A stretch of DNA of 55,284 nucleotides, filler included, from Circinaria calcarea (Eukaryota): the NCBI GenBank assembly GCA_051942165.1. It is 5 parts of 5 records of this genome, joined end to end, with 100 filler letters (N's around TTAATTAATTAA, not from the genome) between each part and the next. Parts side by side here need not be neighbours in the genome. Positions count along the whole stretch, not along the records: positions 44,325 to 55,284 come from JAVECS010000733.1; 4 more parts are not named here. One strand, 5' to 3'. Positions 50,221-55,284 of the stretch are shown here, piece by piece. How positions within the stretch are numbered: the first letter of the stretch is position 1; every line of letters starts with the position of its first letter. Position numbers and translations under genes: made by a program. The notes below the pieces were generated by a model. It saw nothing but the letters and a program-made list of their open reading frames with translations. It was not told where the DNA came from and did not search any database.

Positions 50221-50846
50221 CTGTGGTCGCATGGGAAATAAATTATAGCTCGGCGCTAGTAGAAAAATATTTATTATAATTAAATTCTGAAAAGGGCTTT
50301 ATTATTTACTGTGGTCGCAGGCATAACAGATATTAGTATGGTTATCTTGCAATTATTATAGAAGGCCTAAACGATATTTTAATTTCATACAGAAAGACGG
50401 AATATATACCGGAGGATGCCCTCCATCTTATACCTCTTTCTCGAAAGAATTCATACAGCTTTTACTGAGCATACCGGAGTTAATCGAAGCCCGCGTTAAC
50501 ATCTATCAGATATTAATATAATTATCTTGCAATTATCATAGAAGGCCCAAACGACATTTTGATTTCATACAGAAGGACGGAATATACACCGGAGGATGCC
50601 CTCCATATTACACCTCTTTTTCGAAAGAATTCATACAGCCTTTGCTGAGCATACCGGAGTTGGTCGAAGCCCGCGCTAACATCTGTTATGCCTGCGACCA
50701 CAGTACTTCCAGTGTTTCGTTTGCATGCCACTTGCACCAATCAGAATAGGAAATGGAGTTAAAATACTTGGAAAATTTTAATAGTCTGAGTAAGGATTTT
50801 AGTGACTTTAGCGCTGAGCTAAGATTTATTTCCCATGCGACCACAG
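50221..50846. mobile_element. Non-autonomous TIR element (Tc1/mariner-type, TA-flanked) hosting a nested MITE
   Basis: TA|CTGTGGTCGCATGGGAAATAAAT ... ATTTATTTCCCATGCGACCACAG|TA. Confidence 0.8.
50309..50703 (-). mobile_element. Nested MITE, tandem dimer of the ~200-bp unit
   Basis: TA|CTGTGGTCGCAGGCATAACAGAT ... ATCTGTTATGCCTGCGACCACAG|TA. Internal direct duplication (junction near 50506) whose copies differ mainly by CA>TA and TG>TA changes. Confidence 0.82.
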
Positions 50847-51140
50847 TAGGGTATGCCACCCCAAGATCGAGACGGAGGCCTCGTGTAAGCTCGATGCTAA
50901 ACCAGCTGCCTTATTATCCCTTTGCATGAGGGTGACAGGTGTAAGTTGTTTCTATAAGAGTATGCCTCATGACAAGGACAATTGAGGATACTTGGTTCAT
51001 AAAGGAGCTTTGCCAATGCCAGGTTCTAACGGAGAATATGTATAACCGTGGGATAAGTTGAATCATGATATCAAGACCAGAACCTACCCAATATAAGACA
51101 ACCCCGCTGCAGGACCGGTATCGTTATTCTGTCCTCTTCC

Positions 51141-53266
51141 TTATTTCGATATCCTTTGTTCTACTGACTCAATGCACTGCTGAATGATCCCAAGGACACC
51201 AAGAAGCCCTGACCTGATCATGTGCCGCATATTTCCCAACAGATCTCCCAGTCCGACCCCTGTTTGTCGCAGTCGGTACGCTCCAACTATTGTCAACACC
51301 AACACTGCGTAACCAAGAGCCTTTCTAACTCTCTGCTTGATCATGCCTTTCCTAGTGTAGGCGACATTCCAATCACTCCACTTTGGGAACATGCATCTCA
51401 AGGAGTAATCGATTTGAGAACGTCTGCAAGCATGTTAGATGATAGAGAATCGAAATTGTAAGAAAAGAACCTTGCTCACGGATAGGCAGTCGCGTTCCAT
51501 CCAACATCGTTCTTGTACCAACTATGACAACCTCCAGTCGTCCATACGGTATACTTGAGCTCTTCCTGCATAGCGTTTGTCCATGCAACTTCCGCGTCCT
51601 TTTTAACCTCGAAGGTCCTAACATCACCCTTGAGAAGAGGCTTCAGGAAATGTAAAGTATAGTTCACCATGTTCTCACTCGCGAGGATCACCGATGAATG
51701 GCCGGTAGCTGTGTTCGGACCGAAGAGGATGAAGAAGTTTGGGAACCCGTCCATGGCAGCGCCCATATACGCTTGAGGCCCTCCCCGTTCATCCCAGACA
51801 TCTTGCAACAGCTTGCCTCCTTTACCAACGACCCTGAGGGGGTGGAGCCAAGTGCTGAGGTCGAAGCCGTTTGCGAGAATAATGGTATCTGCGGGGAGTT
51901 TAATCTCATCCGTTGGCGCTTTAGAGTCTATCTTATTAGAAGCGGGATAGGTACGGCCCGGACCGAGCGTGATTCCTCGAGGTTGGACGCTGGTGAGAGG
52001 CTGTGTGGTTAAGAGGAAGTTGGGGTCGTTCATTGATGCGAACCAGTCGCTGCCGAAAATGCGTCGTTTGCAGCCGAGGCCATAGTCAGGTGTTAGTATT
52101 TCGTGGTACTTTTCCGGAGCGATAGCTTTCATGTGCTGTAGAAGCCTAGCCTCTGCTTTCTTTCGCCCTTTGACGCTGAACTTGTTATTGAAGAAGAGAG
52201 TTTGGAATTCAATCTCAGTGAGAATAAAAACCAAGGTACGTAGAAGGCGGGCGAGCCCAGGGACTCTGCTGAAGAGCTTGGATCTGCGTTCGCTGAACTT
52301 CTCCCCTCCATAAGATGGTGCAAATCGAGGACTGACCCACGGAGGTGATCGCATAAGCTGGGTAACTGATTTCGCATTGTAAGGTGCCTTTGTCAAGAGC
52401 GGCACAATTTGAGCCGCGCTACATCCAGTACCCACCACAACAACGTCTTTCCCGTTAAGATCGACATCCTTCTTCCAGCGTGCAGTGTGAAAGACATCTC
52501 CTTCAAACTCCTTGATTCCTGGAATGGTATCAGGCCAGCTCTTCGGCTCGACCAGACCGCCCACAGCACTAACGATTACCTTTGCCCTTACTTTCTCCCG
52601 TCTCAGATACACACTCTGCTCGCTGTGAGCCGAGATGTATTGCCGACGCTCTTTCTCGCTGAGATCTCCTGTTCCTGGAGTCAGATGAGTCAAGGTGACT
52701 TCCCAAAGCTCCTCTTCCTCTAGCCATCGTACTTCCGACACGTCGGTGTTTAATTGTATTTTGTCGAGAATCTGATATTTCTGACAAACACCTTGGAGAT
52801 ATTTGATAATCTCCGATCCTGGCGCATAGAAGCTGGTCCATTTGTGATTTGGGGCAAATGAAAAGGAGTAGAGTATTGCCGGTCTAGATACGGTACTATC
52901 TTCAGTGGGAGGTCGCGTTTATAGCACAGGATACTTACATATCTGAGAGCCATTAGCCTGACTTACTCCATTATGTGCCAATCAACCTTACCGCATGCGA
53001 CTCCTGGGTATCTATTTATCCACCAAGTCCCTGATTATTTGCTTTTAGAATCTTGAACGCATTGCGGCCCCGACTAGATAATACCGACCTCCTAGACCCG
53101 CCTGGCGATCGAAGAGTCTGAATTGATCGAAGCCCAGCTCGTCCTTTAGTCGACATCCCATTGCGATACCGGTTTCGCCAGCACCAATAATCAGGACGGG
53201 GTAATAGATATATGACCCTTCATCGTAGCCGTTCTCCATGTGAATGCATTCCGAGGATTTTGCCAT
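51141..53266 (-). CDS. Baeyer-Villiger/flavin-containing monooxygenase
   Basis: VLIIGAG, GTWWINRYPGVACDIP, BVMO fingerprint FEGDVFHTARW, VVGTGCSA, GFPNFFILFGPN. Includes a 4-nt exon. Confidence 0.92.
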
Positions 53267-53855
53267 TACTCTTTGATGATCCACTTGAAAATAGAATAAT
53301 GAATACTAAAGGTAGAGAAGAGGGGGTATTGCAAAGGTCGAGGGAGCTTTGGACAGAAGCTCAACGCTGAGAAGACAACAGTAGTTGGTATGCGAAGATA
53401 GAAAGGTGAGAAACCGAAAGGAGACCACTGCCAAACCTCAAGTGATAGAACGCTTTGACGGACGGGAGAGGAGCAAAGTATTGGCTCGCGTCATTGCCTC
53501 GAGAGTAGTAAAAAGATCGTCAACAAGGTATGGTATAGGACAAGCGGGGTTGGTGAAAGCTTGCCGAAGAACCGAGGCAACTGGCATCACACATATCTGT
53601 TGGAGCACAGAGCTACTGTAGGTAGCAGATCATTCATCACGGACTTCTCGTCCAGAACCGTATGAAGGTCCGTCATTGCTTATGGATCCCTACGCAGATC
53701 TTGGGGAGGTGGAAGGCAGATCTGAGCAGATGAGTATTCTCTTCTAAGCACTACCATACCAGAATGGAAGATCCGGCTAAGTTGGCAATTGGCAGGGGTT
53801 TCGCTTCCGATGAATTGATTGCAACGGCAACGTCAGGCCAAATACAAAGCAAGGC

Positions 53856-54805
53856 ATGATTAAGAGACACTCGAAGCTCTCAATCCTCACTCATCAAATA
53901 CAACGGGTACCGTATTCAACGAGTTTACAATGGCGACAAGTCGCCACAATACAAGACGGAAGCGTGGAAACCTTCCGAGCAAAAGCTTTTAACCCCTCAG
54001 TTCCCTGCATAATGCCTCGAGGGCTGTTTGCATCTTTCCCAGCAATACAGAAATGGTTTCGTACAGACTCCGGCGGGGGAGTGGTCATGAATGCTAGATA
54101 TCTCGAATCCTTTGGTCACGCAATGGTTCCCCTCGAATTTACCCGGCTCCCAGCCTCGTCGGAACGAACGGGAAATGAGTTCCTACGTTCCAAGGCGCCC
54201 TTGAGCCTCTTCCTTGAATGGACCCAGAAGGCGGAAAGCGATACCTTGGATCGATTGTATCTAGCACAAGCCTCTTTTTTGGACTTGCCACGAGCAATGG
54301 TCCATGATCTGCCTGTCCCAGATTTCGTCACCAAGGCTGGGAAAGGTGACATATATGACACGAATCTCTGGATAGGTGTTCCGCCAACTTATACGCCTCT
54401 GCACCGAGATCCAAATCCGAATCTATTCGTACAGCTGGTAGGTCGGAAGATAATAAGAATGGTGGAGCCGGAGAAGGGTCTGGAGATCTTTGCACATGTC
54501 CAGAGAGACCTGGGAAATTCTGGGTCGGCTTCTTTTAGAGACGAAGGAATGATGAAAGGACAGGAGCGGAGGGTGTTTGAAGATATCATCTGGGACGATT
54601 CGCAGATATTATCTGAAAAGATGTCCACTGGCTACGAAGTTCACCTTGGGAGCGGAGATGGCCTCTTCATTCCCAACGGATGGTGGCATAGTATAAAAGG
54701 CGTTGGCGAAGGCATCACCGGCTCTGTAAGTACCCCTGATGGTAATCGTCAAGTACAATTTATCCATACTAACCACCATGTCAGGTGAATTGGTGGTTCC
54801 GTTGA
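53856..54805 (+). CDS. JmjC/Cupin_8 Fe(II)/2OG oxygenase
   Basis: LYLAQ, NLWIG..TPLHRDPNPNLFVQLVGRK, GDGLFIPNGWWHSI. Terminal exon VNWWFR*. Confidence 0.9.
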
Positions 54806-55284
54806 GTACACATCAGAGATGGTCAAGTAAATTCTCTATCATTTATCCCTTAAAGTTTTGCTCTGACGGATTGGATACAAAGTTGGAATTGGTTAACCTA
54901 GGCTGGCACGGACCAGGAGCTGGGATGACATGGTTCTGTCCGCTCGAGCAACACTTTTAGGGATAATCTACCTGTAGCCCTAAAGTTCCCCCCTTGCACA
55001 AATCGCCCCTTGAAAAATAATTCCCCTCTAGCTCAAGGATATCCCATGATGATGCAATCCTTAGCAGTAAATTAGATATCCCGAAACCCCAAAAGCGTCC
55101 CCCCTTAGTTCTACTTATGATACCACGCACGGGCTCACGCTACATGGAAAACCCCTGAGAATTCGATTAGAGAATCATCTGCTTTTTTAAATAAAAGATT
55201 TTTTAATCCCTCACTCGCGCCCGAAAACCCTCCCCCTTCCCCTTCCCCAGAGAAAAGGAGTTGGGCAAACCTCACATCTTTCCC

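Noticed and set aside
49956..50740. Two similar short ORFs (…QQRLYEFFRKRGVIWRASSGVYSV…) as duplicated genes
   Set aside because: They are chance frames within MITE copies.

Overview
Filamentous ascomycete (Pezizomycotina) genomic DNA. It is not one locus: five ~11-kb contigs (1-11002, 11103-22081, 22182-33157, 33258-44224, 44325-55284, decreasing in size) are joined by artificial N44-TTAATTAATTAA-N44 linkers. Contigs 1, 4 and 5 mostly carry housekeeping genes (FMP25, YMC1-like carrier, MRP4, COG3, ELP3, V-ATPase subunit f, RPA49, GRS1, SEC12, CKB1, a Zn2Cys6 TF, a BVMO, a JmjC protein). Contig 2 is a secondary-metabolite tailoring region partly destroyed by RIP-type mutations. The highlight is contig 3, a candidate fungal RiPP (dikaritin-like) cluster. 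It has two DUF3328/UstYa oxidases with twin HxxHC motifs flanking a 52-aa secreted precursor. The precursor has a single Pro/Phe-rich putative core (GQPFPPFGY), no Kex2 repeats, and is spliced through a 1-nt micro-exon. The cluster also encodes a prolyl-4-hydroxylase-like dioxygenase, a KOBITO1-like glycosyltransferase with a premature stop, and an ABCC exporter. Two further items are missed by the ORF track: a 7-exon secreted protein built from exon-encoded Cx6C peptide modules (contig 1) and a nest of TA-flanked MITEs (contig 5). All gene models were spliced by hand and no database searches were run.
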